This document shows positions 51,392 through 60,496 of a DNA stretch of 64,000 nucleotides, piece by piece (position 1 is the stretch's first letter; each line of letters opens with the position of its first letter). The notes under the pieces were generated by a model. The model was not told the origin of the DNA, made no database searches, and saw nothing but the letters and a program-made list of their open reading frames with translations. This DNA is from Escherichia phage moha, in the sequence record MN850590.1; one strand, 5' to 3'. The position numbers were made by a program, and so were the translations under genes.

Positions 51392-51547
51392 CACGCGTCA
51401 GAAAAAGGTTATCTGTCTAAGTCGTGGTTGGTATGATGACGGGTTTATGGTTATCCTGTCGTTAAATATCCAAAACCTATGTTCCCCTTGAGGGCTTGCG
51501 CAGGCAATGTCAATAAGTCCTGCATTTTCATTTAAAGAGAATTTATA

Positions 51548-51727
51548 ATGGCAAAACAAGCTAAAGCAAAGAAAGCAGTTGAAAAGAAAGTTGATGGTAC
51601 CTCTAAACGCGCTGGATACAAGCGTGGGTCGAACTCTCGTATTAATCAAACAGTTGAGAAGATCATGCGCAGAGCACGTGCAGTTCTTCGAGATGATGCT
51701 TCTCGTTTTGGAAAGGTTGTTGCATAA
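51548..51727 (+). CDS. hypothetical small basic protein (30.9 position)
   Basis: 59 codons, Lys/Arg-rich; followed by a strong terminator; below ORF-track cutoff. Confidence 0.35.
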   Translation: MAKQAKAKKAVEKKVDGTSKRAGYKRGSNSRINQTVEKIMRRARAVLRDDASRFGKVVA

Positions 51728-51732
51728 TTTTA

Positions 51733-51755
51733 GGGAGACTTCGGTCTCCCTTTTG
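51733..51755 (+). terminator. intrinsic terminator
   Basis: gggagac-ttcg-gtctccc then TTTT. Confidence 0.7.
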
Positions 51756-51787
51756 TGCGTTTAGGGCAGAAAAAGTTTAAAAAAAAT

Positions 51788-51816
51788 GTTTACTCTCCTG
51801 TAGGATGTGTTACTAT
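51788..51816 (+). promoter_or_regulatory. T4-type early promoter
   Basis: GTTTAC, 17 bp spacer, TACTAT. Confidence 0.55.
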
Positions 51817-51858
51817 AGACTTGTACCACCTAATCGATAAAACAAACCGGAGAACAAA

Positions 51859-52227
51859 ATGAAAATCAATCTGAACTCATACATCAAATGTAAAGACCAC
51901 GACGGTTATAAAGCTATCGAAATTAAAGAATTCCAGTGGATGTTATACAAAGAGCAATTTGAGTTCGTAGGTTGTATGACCCCTGAAGGTCCTTCAGATG
52001 ATTTCTCTTGGAAAATTGTGTTAGCAAACTTTTTCACAGGTGACACATATGAATTAAAAACTATTATTACCGGTAAAATTCGTTCAGAAACATATGTTGA
52101 CGAAGAAACTGGTTACTCTGAAGATGTTACATGGTATCAAAATGGACGCATTACAGCAGATAACCTGATCGAAAAAATGAAAGCCAAAGGTGTTTTAAAT
52201 TTAGACAATTGGATTAAAGTTGCATAA
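51859..52227 (+). CDS. hypothetical protein
   Basis: 122 aa. Confidence 0.5.
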   Translation: MKINLNSYIKCKDHDGYKAIEIKEFQWMLYKEQFEFVGCMTPEGPSDDFSWKIVLANFFTGDTYELKTIITGKIRSETYVDEETGYSEDVTWYQNGRITADNLIEKMKAKGVLNLDNWIKVA

Positions 52228-52231
52228 AACA

Positions 52232-52260
52232 GTTTACTTTGGTACAGGTTATGTTATTAT
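52232..52260 (+). promoter_or_regulatory. T4-type early promoter
   Basis: GTTTAC, 17 bp spacer, TATTAT; palindrome ggtacagg/cctgtacc spans the -10. Confidence 0.55.
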
Positions 52261-52301
52261 AGACCTGTACCAACAAACAACTTAAACATCTGGAGAATAA
52301 A

Positions 52302-52667
52302 ATGAACTACACCAACTTCGAACGTAAATATGTTTCTAACGGTATTGCTGGTTCTTCTGAAGTTATTTGCTTATGGAAACACGAAAACGGTACAGTTTGT
52401 GAAATCGAACAGTGCATGACTCCTAATTACGTTTATATGCGATTTGAAAATGGTATCACGGTTTCAATCACGATGGAAGGTTCAAATTTTAAAATTGCAT
52501 TAGATGATGATTTCCGTCAGCGTGATTTAGGTACTCATCCTTGCTGGAATGGTGTTAATCGTAAACTTCTGGTTAAAACTTGGATTCGTCATATCCTGAG
52601 CAACCGAGCTAAACCTGAACATCTCGAAGCAATCTTTGATGTAGTTCTTAACGAATTTGATATCTAA
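52302..52667 (+). CDS. hypothetical protein
   Basis: 121 aa. Confidence 0.5.
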   Translation: MNYTNFERKYVSNGIAGSSEVICLWKHENGTVCEIEQCMTPNYVYMRFENGITVSITMEGSNFKIALDDDFRQRDLGTHPCWNGVNRKLLVKTWIRHILSNRAKPEHLEAIFDVVLNEFDI

Positions 52668-52674
52668 ATTAATT

Positions 52675-52690
52675 GGGAGCTTCGGCTCCC
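52675..52690 (+). other. UUCG tetraloop RNA hairpin (no T-run)
   Basis: gggagc-ttcg-gctccc immediately before the RBS of the next gene. Confidence 0.5.
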
Positions 52691-52702
52691 ATTGAGGAAA
52701 TT

Positions 52703-53317
52703 ATGTTTAAAGTTAATACTTTTTATAAAATGAATTTTAAAAATGGGGATATTACTCCACGCCTTAAAAACATGTTCTCATATGACCTTATCGAGCCTTT
52801 TGAAGTTTTAGAAGTTACTGATGCCGGCTCGGTTTGTGAAATTAGAACTTCTGAAGGTAAAATTTATCAGGCCGGTGTTGGTAAATTCAGTAATTGTTTT
52901 ACTTTAATATTCTCGACCGATTTAGATGAGCATTTTATTGAATGTCCTAACCCTAAGGTCTATGAAGTTCCACATCAAGAAACTAAGAAAAATGGACCGC
53001 ACGAATATACGAAGGTTGAAACTCCTCACGGCGTGATGTGGCGACATAACTCTCCTTTTGGAAGTAAAGGAACATTTGCTCAACTGGCTAAGCCCTACGA
53101 CGATGAAAAATATGTAGTAGTCCTTTTATCTGAACAGGGTACTCAAGACCGTGGATGCCAGCGTTCCGGTTTATTGAGTGAACTCGAAGCTCATAACCTA
53201 GCACGTGAATTCGTTGAGAAAAATCCTGGTTCTGAAGCTCTAGTCATGAAAGCAATTACTCAATATATCACTGCTCAACCTGTTGTTCATCCGGTAGAAA
53301 TTAATTTCATTAAGTAG
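52703..53317 (+). CDS. hypothetical protein
   Basis: 204 aa from ATG behind GAGGA RBS. Confidence 0.5.
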   Translation: MFKVNTFYKMNFKNGDITPRLKNMFSYDLIEPFEVLEVTDAGSVCEIRTSEGKIYQAGVGKFSNCFTLIFSTDLDEHFIECPNPKVYEVPHQETKKNGPHEYTKVETPHGVMWRHNSPFGSKGTFAQLAKPYDDEKYVVVLLSEQGTQDRGCQRSGLLSELEAHNLAREFVEKNPGSEALVMKAITQYITAQPVVHPVEINFIK

Positions 53318-53347
53318 TGTACATCCAAGGACGGATTAGAGTATAAT
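53317..53347 (+). promoter_or_regulatory. T4-type early promoter
   Basis: GTGTACA, TATAAT. Confidence 0.55.
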
Positions 53348-53371
53348 GATTTCTTTAGTAAGTGGAAAAAT

Positions 53372-53569
53372 ATGAAATTTTTAATAGCACAAACAGTCCA
53401 ATTAAAAGGTGTTGGAATCCCTGGGATGATTTTTAAAGTTCTCAACGAATTTAAAACTGCCGCTGGAATTATCAATGAAGCGTATGCTGTTCAATGGGTT
53501 GATGGGACTTCTGACATACGTATGGGTAAAGAGTTATCTCCTATTAAAGGGTTGAAACATGTTGAATAA
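53372..53569 (+). CDS. hypothetical protein
   Basis: 65 aa. Confidence 0.4.
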   Translation: MKFLIAQTVQLKGVGIPGMIFKVLNEFKTAAGIINEAYAVQWVDGTSDIRMGKELSPIKGLKHVE

Positions 53570-53777
53570 ATTAATCCAGAAATTGTTTGGTACGGAAATG
53601 ATTGAAGTTACTTATCGTGTAACCGACGTTTTTCCATATTACGCGGAAAACCGTTTAGAACCATACGTTACGTCAATTAAAATGCCTAAAAATGACAGAA
53701 ATTTATCTATCGAAGACCGTATACCTGGATACGGACATTGGGCTGATGTTGAAATTATAAGTGTTAAAGATGTCTGA
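53559..53777 (+). CDS. hypothetical protein
   Basis: 72 aa. Confidence 0.4.
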   Translation: MLNKLIQKLFGTEMIEVTYRVTDVFPYYAENRLEPYVTSIKMPKNDRNLSIEDRIPGYGHWADVEIISVKDV

Positions 53778-54228
53778 ATTAGAAATAAGAAGTAATTTCA
53801 AATGGCCGTCATGTGCATTAAGTAACTTTGCTCAATGGCCTTTTGTTATGGATGGTATTCAATTCGGAGGTCTTGAAGGATTTCTCCAAGGATGTAAGGT
53901 GAAAAATGTTGAACAACAAAGACGTATATTTGGGCTGTCAGGACTGGCCGCACAGCAAGCTGGAAGGTCTTATGCAAGAGCTCAGGACCGTGGGACTCTC
54001 TTCTGGTTAGGAGTTCCATTTTCAAGATACTCTGAAGCGTGGAAAGAATTATACACAAATGCATATTTTGAAGCCGCGATCCAAAACAAGGGGTTTCGTG
54101 ATGCCTTACAAGCCTCTAAAGGAAAAATTTTGAAGCACAGCATGGCCAGCCACCTAACAAAAGATGATACAATATTAACCGAAGCCGAATTTATTGATGT
54201 GTTAAACCTATTAAGAGACTCTTTATGA
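53770..54228 (+). CDS. NADAR/YbiA-like domain protein
   Basis: LSNFAQWPFVMDGIQFGGLEGFLQGCK resembles the YbiA/NADAR core FSNF..WP..DG...E.FQ..K; about 152 aa from ATG 53770. Confidence 0.65.
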   Translation: MSELEIRSNFKWPSCALSNFAQWPFVMDGIQFGGLEGFLQGCKVKNVEQQRRIFGLSGLAAQQAGRSYARAQDRGTLFWLGVPFSRYSEAWKELYTNAYFEAAIQNKGFRDALQASKGKILKHSMASHLTKDDTILTEAEFIDVLNLLRDSL

Positions 54229-55049
54229 AGCCTACTATTTTGACTGATATTGATGGTGTATGTTTAAGCTGGCAATCTGGACTTCCTTATTTTGCCCAAA
54301 AATATAACCTTCCATTAGAACATATTTTAAAAATGATTCAGGACGAAAAATTTATTTCTCCTGGTAAACTGTTCAATACCGACGATAACCTTGGTAAACA
54401 ATTAATAGAAAAATATAATAGCTCTGATTTTATTCGTTACTTAGCGCCTTATTCTGATGCTCTTCGAGTTATCAATAAACTAAAAGAAGACTATAATTTT
54501 GTAGCCGTGACGGCGCTAGGTGATTCAATTGATGCTCGATTGAATAGACAATTTAATTTGAATGCTTTGTTCCCAGGCGCTTTCTCTGAAGTAATGATGT
54601 GTGGTCATGATTCTTCAAAGGAACAATTATTCGAACTAGCTAAAACAAAATATAACGTGATTTGTTACGTTGACGATTTAGCTCATCATTGTGACCATGC
54701 AGCAGAAATTCTTAATGTACCGATTTATTGGTTGGCTCGTGGTGAACGTGATGCCATTCCTCGTACTGCACAACGTGTACACACGTGGGATGATATTGAA
54801 TCTCGTTTGGTTCTGCCTAAGAATAATTCAGATTCAGATCGTGAAGACCTTTTAAAACGATTGGCGGATTTGCTTAAAGAATCTGGTGCAACAAGCCCAG
54901 GTGCATGGCCTAATCAAATTGGTGGCCCCTCGACAACACGTACTCCATATACCTGGCGAACCCCAGGACCAACTGATATGCAGCCGTGGTGGACGATTCA
55001 AAACTTTCCTTTAGATTCGTCTAAATGGACTTGGTCTATAAATTGTTAA
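54225..55049 (+). CDS. HAD-superfamily phosphatase-like protein with Pro/Trp-rich C-terminal tail
   Basis: HAD motif I ILTDIDGV and later VDDL aspartates; ATGA overlap with NADAR gene. Confidence 0.6.
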   Translation: MKPTILTDIDGVCLSWQSGLPYFAQKYNLPLEHILKMIQDEKFISPGKLFNTDDNLGKQLIEKYNSSDFIRYLAPYSDALRVINKLKEDYNFVAVTALGDSIDARLNRQFNLNALFPGAFSEVMMCGHDSSKEQLFELAKTKYNVICYVDDLAHHCDHAAEILNVPIYWLARGERDAIPRTAQRVHTWDDIESRLVLPKNNSDSDREDLLKRLADLLKESGATSPGAWPNQIGGPSTTRTPYTWRTPGPTDMQPWWTIQNFPLDSSKWTWSINC

Positions 55050-55058
55050 GGGTTAATT

Positions 55059-55328
55059 ATGTTTGTAGTTCATGATATTACAGATGGCAAAAATACCACA
55101 CGTGACTACGGTCACGTTAACATGTTCTTTCGAGACTGGCCATTGTTTCGTTCAGTAAAAGACGCAGAAATATTTAAAGAGTGTGTTGAACAAGGGTTCA
55201 TCTACATTTCAGAATACTATGTTGAAGGACTCGGTAAATGGATTACAACTTATCAGAAAACGCTGAAATCGCTTCTAGATGAAGTGGCTTATAATAGAAC
55301 CGTAACCAAAATCGAGGACATCAAATGA
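55059..55328 (+). CDS. hypothetical protein
   Basis: 89 aa; overlaps ligase start. Confidence 0.45.
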   Translation: MFVVHDITDGKNTTRDYGHVNMFFRDWPLFRSVKDAEIFKECVEQGFIYISEYYVEGLGKWITTYQKTLKSLLDEVAYNRTVTKIEDIK

Positions 55329-56818
55329 TTTTAGATATTTTAAACCAAATAGCTGCGATCGGTTCTACTAAAACAAAACAAGAAATCCTTAAGAAAAATA
55401 AGGACAACAAATTACTTGAACGTGTGTATCGTTTAACATATGCACGTGGTATCCAGTATTATATTAAGAAATGGCCAGGACCAGGTGAAAGGTCTCAAGC
55501 GTATGGTCTTCTTGAATTAGATGACATGTTGGATTTTATTGAGTTCACATTAGCCACTCGTAAACTCACTGGTAATGCTGCAATTAAAGAGCTCATGGGT
55601 TATATCGCTGATGGTAAACCTGATGATGTAGAAGTCCTTCGTCGTGTAATGATGCGCGACCTTGAAGTAGGTGCTTCAGTGTCTATCGCGAATAAGGTGT
55701 GGCCTGGACTTATTCAATTGCAACCACAGATGTTAGCATCTGCATATGACGAGAAATTGATTACTAAAAATATTAAATGGCCCGCATTTGCCCAATTAAA
55801 AGCAGACGGTGCTCGTTGTTTCGCTGAAGTTCGCGATGATGGTGTTCAATTCTTTTCTCGTGCCGGCAACGAATATCATGGTCTTACTCTATTAGCGGAT
55901 GAACTAATGGAAATGACTAAAGAAGCTCGTGAAAGACACCCTAATGGGGTTTTAATCGACGGTGAATTAGTTTACCATTCATTTGATATTAAAAAGGCTG
56001 TGAGCTCAGGAAATGACCTGTCGTTCTTATTTGGTGATAATGAAGAATCCGAAGAAGTACAAGTTGCGGACCGTAGCACTTCAAACGGTTTAGCAAATAA
56101 ATCTCTTCAAGGGACTATTTCTCCTAAAGAAGCTGAAGGTATGGTTCTTCAAGCCTGGGACTATGTTCCTTTAGATGAAGTCTATTCTGATGGCAAAATT
56201 AAAGGTCAGAAATACGATGTTCGTTTTGCTGCTCTTGAAAATATGGCTGAAGGCTTTAAACGAATTGAGCCAATTGAAAATCAGTTAGTTCGTAATCTTG
56301 ACGAAGCTAAAGTGGTTTATAAAAAATATGTTGACCAAGGTCTTGAAGGTATTATCCTTAAAAACCGTGATTCATATTGGGAAAACAAACGTTCTAAGAA
56401 CCTAATTAAATTTAAAGAAGTTATTGATATCGCTTTAGAAGTTGTAGGATACTATGAACACTCTAAAGACCCTAACAAATTAGGTGGTGTCGAACTCGTA
56501 TCACGTTGTCGTCGTATTACAACCGATTGTGGTTCAGGGTTTAAAGATACAACTCATAAAACAGTTGATGGTGTAAAGGTTCTTATTCCTTTAGATGAGC
56601 GACATGATTTGGACCGTGAACGATTAATGACCGAAGCTCGTGAAGGTAAATTGATTGGACGTATTGCTGATTGTGAATGCAATGGTTGGGTTCATTCTAA
56701 AGGACGTGAAGGCACTGTAGGTATTTTCCTCCCAATTATTAAAGGGTTCCGTTTTGATAAAACAGAAGCGGATTCGTTTGAAGACGTATTTGGACCGTGG
56801 TCCCAGACAGGTTTATAA
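55325..56818 (+). CDS. 30: ATP-dependent DNA ligase
   Basis: adenylation motif I KADGARC; 497 aa (T4 gp30 487). Confidence 0.92.
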   Translation: MILDILNQIAAIGSTKTKQEILKKNKDNKLLERVYRLTYARGIQYYIKKWPGPGERSQAYGLLELDDMLDFIEFTLATRKLTGNAAIKELMGYIADGKPDDVEVLRRVMMRDLEVGASVSIANKVWPGLIQLQPQMLASAYDEKLITKNIKWPAFAQLKADGARCFAEVRDDGVQFFSRAGNEYHGLTLLADELMEMTKEARERHPNGVLIDGELVYHSFDIKKAVSSGNDLSFLFGDNEESEEVQVADRSTSNGLANKSLQGTISPKEAEGMVLQAWDYVPLDEVYSDGKIKGQKYDVRFAALENMAEGFKRIEPIENQLVRNLDEAKVVYKKYVDQGLEGIILKNRDSYWENKRSKNLIKFKEVIDIALEVVGYYEHSKDPNKLGGVELVSRCRRITTDCGSGFKDTTHKTVDGVKVLIPLDERHDLDRERLMTEAREGKLIGRIADCECNGWVHSKGREGTVGIFLPIIKGFRFDKTEADSFEDVFGPWSQTGL

Positions 56819-57006
56819 TGAAAGCTTATTTAGAAACAGTTATTGTAGCTAAGAAGGATGGTGGAGATGTTTCCACCTCTTGCTCTCAGATTATATTAGA
56901 TTTTCCTAATGAAAATTCGTATCGGGTTTTCGTAGATAACGTTAATGGGTACGAAAAAGGCCCTAATTTTGAAGTTTATCGTACTTTGCTCCCGATTGTG
57001 GATTAA
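56818..57006 (+). CDS. hypothetical protein
   Basis: 62 aa; TAATG overlap with ligase stop. Confidence 0.4.
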   Translation: MKAYLETVIVAKKDGGDVSTSCSQIILDFPNENSYRVFVDNVNGYEKGPNFEVYRTLLPIVD

Positions 57007-57026
57007 GAGCCTTCGGGCTCTTTTTG
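57006..57026 (+). terminator. intrinsic terminator
   Basis: gagcc-ttcg-ggctc then TTTTT. Confidence 0.7.
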
Positions 57027-57061
57027 GCATAAATATAAATTATTACTAAAAGGAAAACACT

Positions 57062-59149
57062 ATGTCTGAACAAATAAACGAAGTGTTTGAATCTGAAGGC
57101 AGTCTTCCTGTCGTCAATTTGAACCCTAAAGCTAAAGTTCCACAAGTCTGGAAAATTGGTGATATCGATACAAATATTGTAGTTCGTTTATTCTCTTACC
57201 TTTCCGAAGGCGACGCTGTAAAACAAGTTAAACTTGGCGACAAATACGCTCATGTTGTTATTATGAGTCTGTCTGAAAAGGGTAATCTCGCTGAATTGAA
57301 AAATGGCCTTGGTCCTGCTCCTATTGATGCAATCAACACCATTTTCAATACAGTATATGAACAAGTTAAAGCTCTTCGTATGGATGCAGTTCTGTTCCGA
57401 TTCCCTACCAAGAAATTGAAAGGACGTGGACAACAGCTTCAAACTCTTCTTGCTCGTTTAGTTTCTACTAAAACCGGTGGTCGTTTTAAAGTATTGTCGG
57501 CAATGTATCAATTCACAGGTAAACACACCTATGTGATGATGGTTCGTAAAAATGCCAACATTGAAGATATTAAAGGCATCCCTAACATTAACACAGAGTT
57601 GTACACGAAAGTAGATTCTGATGTTGGCGAAGTTTATGTGAGTAAAAAGACTGGCGAAACGGTTACCAAAGAAACTGCTATCGCTGGTTCTATTGCCGCG
57701 GTAGAAGAAAAACGTAAAGATAAGCCTGTTATTGCTCGCACCAAAATTTCTCGTCGTGCTATTGCAGCAAGTCAATCTTTAGAAGCTGACCGACAAGAAG
57801 GTGAGTTATTCCAGAAATACGAAAATTCTGCTAAAGAAGTTAGTGGCCCAGCTACAGCCGAATTACTTCCTGAAGCATATGAAATCGTACTAGCCCAAGC
57901 ATCGTCCACAGCAAAAGGCACTTTAGTTGCTGATATCGAAAATAAGATTTATAATCGTATTGATGAATCCTTTAAATTTGCTGATGAAGTTTCTTATGGT
58001 AGTGTTATTAAGCCGACTTTAGAAAAGTTTGCTAAGAAAATTAAAACCGAAAAAACAACATCTGTTAAAGCATTAGCTGCTTTTGTTGAAGCTGCAAATG
58101 AAATTGCAGACTCTATTAAAGACGAATGGTTTGAAGATTTTAGACGTGATAATTTCCAATTGCCTGACGACGTTTTAGCTGAAGTATCTGAAAGAACTTG
58201 GAAACAACGTAAATCAGCGTTCTTGTCTAATGTGATGTATACTTATGCACGAGAATCGGCTAGAGGCACCTTTAATATAACAATGAATCGGGACCCTAAA
58301 CAATACTCTGTTGCTGAAAAACGAGCTATTCGCGAATATGCCTCTTCTGCGTATACCGATATCAATAATATGTTGTTAGGCCGGTATAAACCGGATTTTT
58401 ATGATGTTGCAGATGAAGATGAAGTTAAACGCGCTATTGATGGTCTTGATTCGGCGTTTTTAAATGGAGACCGTTTACCTGAAGGACTAACGTTGTATAG
58501 AGCCCAGTCTATCAGAATGCCTATTTACGAAGCAATGGTTAAAAATAAGGTATTCTACTTCAGAAACTATGTTTCTACTTCATTAGCTCCTATTATTTTT
58601 GGTGGGTTTAAAGAGAACGTTGCCCTTGGACTTGCTCCTGAAGAAGTTCGCAAAGAGCTTAACATTGACAATAATGACGAAGGTGTTACTATTTCTCCTA
58701 GTCAAGTAAGAACAGCTATGCATGCACCAGAACAAATCCGTGTTAACGTTGGATGGGCTATCGATGGCGCCCATAAAGTTAACGTGATTTACCCGGGTCA
58801 GTTGAGTAATCACCCTAATGAGCAAGAAATTATTTTGCCTAGAGGCATTCTCTTGCAGATAAATAAAATTACAGATGCGTCATCTGACACTGGTGCAGGT
58901 TTAGAATCCAACCTTAAATTTATTCAAGCTGAAGTCATGTCCTCGGACCAGTTGGACGAAGCTGTCATTTACGATGGTGATGTTCTCATGGAAACAGGCG
59001 AGGTAGTTGCTATGACGGGTGAAATCGAATCAGATGAGCCGGTATCTTTTGCCTCATTTGTAGAAAAAACTAGTGCACCTAAAGGTTTGAAATTGTTAGC
59101 ATCTTTAATGGATTTAGAATCAGTTCCGTTTAAATTTATCCAAGGATAG
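57062..59149 (+). CDS. alt: Alt-like ADP-ribosyltransferase (virion-packaged)
   Basis: 695 aa (T4 Alt 682); position between ligase 30 and baseplate gene 54. Confidence 0.7.
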   Translation: MSEQINEVFESEGSLPVVNLNPKAKVPQVWKIGDIDTNIVVRLFSYLSEGDAVKQVKLGDKYAHVVIMSLSEKGNLAELKNGLGPAPIDAINTIFNTVYEQVKALRMDAVLFRFPTKKLKGRGQQLQTLLARLVSTKTGGRFKVLSAMYQFTGKHTYVMMVRKNANIEDIKGIPNINTELYTKVDSDVGEVYVSKKTGETVTKETAIAGSIAAVEEKRKDKPVIARTKISRRAIAASQSLEADRQEGELFQKYENSAKEVSGPATAELLPEAYEIVLAQASSTAKGTLVADIENKIYNRIDESFKFADEVSYGSVIKPTLEKFAKKIKTEKTTSVKALAAFVEAANEIADSIKDEWFEDFRRDNFQLPDDVLAEVSERTWKQRKSAFLSNVMYTYARESARGTFNITMNRDPKQYSVAEKRAIREYASSAYTDINNMLLGRYKPDFYDVADEDEVKRAIDGLDSAFLNGDRLPEGLTLYRAQSIRMPIYEAMVKNKVFYFRNYVSTSLAPIIFGGFKENVALGLAPEEVRKELNIDNNDEGVTISPSQVRTAMHAPEQIRVNVGWAIDGAHKVNVIYPGQLSNHPNEQEIILPRGILLQINKITDASSDTGAGLESNLKFIQAEVMSSDQLDEAVIYDGDVLMETGEVVAMTGEIESDEPVSFASFVEKTSAPKGLKLLASLMDLESVPFKFIQG

Positions 59150-59179
59150 TTTACAAACACATGGATGTGTGATACTATC
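59149..59179 (+). promoter_or_regulatory. T4-type early promoter
   Basis: GTTTACA, spacer palindrome cacatggatgtg, TACTAT. Confidence 0.5.
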
Positions 59180-59207
59180 ATCCAATCAACAACATGAGGA
59201 AAACGTT

Positions 59208-59501
59208 ATGAAATCTATGCTTCGCTTTAATGGTCAAGAACTAGTAGTTGAAGATGTTATCCCGGCAGATGATGTTTTTAACGAAGCTGTGATTGACGAA
59301 TTGAATCGAGTATTCCCAGGTGCATTCCATATTGCTATGGAACCTCTTAAAAACTTTCGTGACCCTGAGCACACTGATCAAATTTTTGTCGGTGTAGTGA
59401 CAGGTCATTTAGAAACAGAGGTACCAATGGTCGTATTAGTTAAATACTCTAAAGATGATACTCCATTCCGAGCACCAGCATTCCTTTCATTCCGTAAATA
59501 A
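59208..59501 (+). CDS. hypothetical protein
   Basis: 97 aa from ATG 59208. Confidence 0.45.
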   Translation: MKSMLRFNGQELVVEDVIPADDVFNEAVIDELNRVFPGAFHIAMEPLKNFRDPEHTDQIFVGVVTGHLETEVPMVVLVKYSKDDTPFRAPAFLSFRK

Positions 59502-59507
59502 ACCCCT

Positions 59508-59530
59508 AAAGGGAGACAACGTCTCCCTTT
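59508..59530. terminator. hairpin between convergent genes, putative bidirectional terminator
   Basis: gggagac-aacg-tctccc then TTTTT on plus strand. Confidence 0.55.
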
Positions 59531-59533
59531 TTC

Positions 59534-60496
59534 TTATAGTCCTAAAACTCTTGACGCTGAATTCACCACACCTGTCAATGTGTTTATATTAGACACGCCA
59601 CCAGCAGTCCCACCTAATCTAGAAAGTCTTGATACTGCACTTCCTAGCCCAGAATCATTCTGATTATTTCCAAACATTCCTGAAACACTACTAATAAGTC
59701 CTGATTCCAGCCATTCTAAAGCAGCCTGTCTATTTACAGCACCTGATTGCATAACGCGATAAGCAAATGTTACGTCAAAAACTGTTATCTGATTATCACC
59801 ATCATACGTTAACTCAGGAGAAGAGACACTAACAGGAATACATCCAGTGAACATGACAGCGGTATGTGGTAAACCATTTCGTGCATGTAAATTAACCTGA
59901 ATATCTGCTTCGACGTCTTGTGGTAAAGCACGAAGACCTGTTACAGGGTCTTGGACCGAGTTTACCCAGTCTTGCATTGCTCTAAAGTTAGATGCTTCAG
60001 AATCCATTCTAAAGCTTATTACTAACGGGTCCATTTCACGGCCGGTAATTCGGATGTTCGGTGAGTTATAGTTGAAATCCGTTTCATAAGATAATCGGTT
60101 CTCAGGCATTTTTACAGAATAAATCATTAAACCTGTATTATTATATGCCATATTGAAGAAGTCTATCAGATAAGCTCCTACTGTGAACTCACCTAACAAG
60201 CTTTGTACCGTACGTTGACTCATTGCTCCAATCAGATATTTACTTATACCTGATTTTCGAATTAATTTCTGTGTTCCTGCTGTAATCAGGGTTGTTACGC
60301 CCTGATTGATATCACCTTGAGACAATCCTAGCCAATCTGAATCCAACCCTAAGTTATTATAAGCAAAACTACCAATTGACGAAATTAGTGAAGACGATTT
60401 GGTTGATGGTGTAGTAGCAAATACACAACTAAACATATTGTTTCGTTGGAAATCTGCATTTATAGCTTGGTTATTAAATTCTTCTAAAGAGTACAT
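59534..60496 (-). CDS. 54: gp54 baseplate tail-tube initiator
   Basis: 320 aa, same as T4 gp54; order 54-48-29-28. Confidence 0.8.
   Translation of the reverse strand: MYSLEEFNNQAINADFQRNNMFSCVFATTPSTKSSSLISSIGSFAYNNLGLDSDWLGLSQGDINQGVTTLITAGTQKLIRKSGISKYLIGAMSQRTVQSLLGEFTVGAYLIDFFNMAYNNTGLMIYSVKMPENRLSYETDFNYNSPNIRITGREMDPLVISFRMDSEASNFRAMQDWVNSVQDPVTGLRALPQDVEADIQVNLHARNGLPHTAVMFTGCIPVSVSSPELTYDGDNQITVFDVTFAYRVMQSGAVNRQAALEWLESGLISSVSGMFGNNQNDSGLGSAVSRLSRLGGTAGGVSNINTLTGVVNSASRVLGL

Noticed and set aside
51398-51649. Minus-strand 83 aa ORF in the rIII-downstream region
   Set aside because: Runs antisense across a plus-strand promoter and the start of a plus-strand ORF, and has no late promoter or RBS. 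More likely non-coding.
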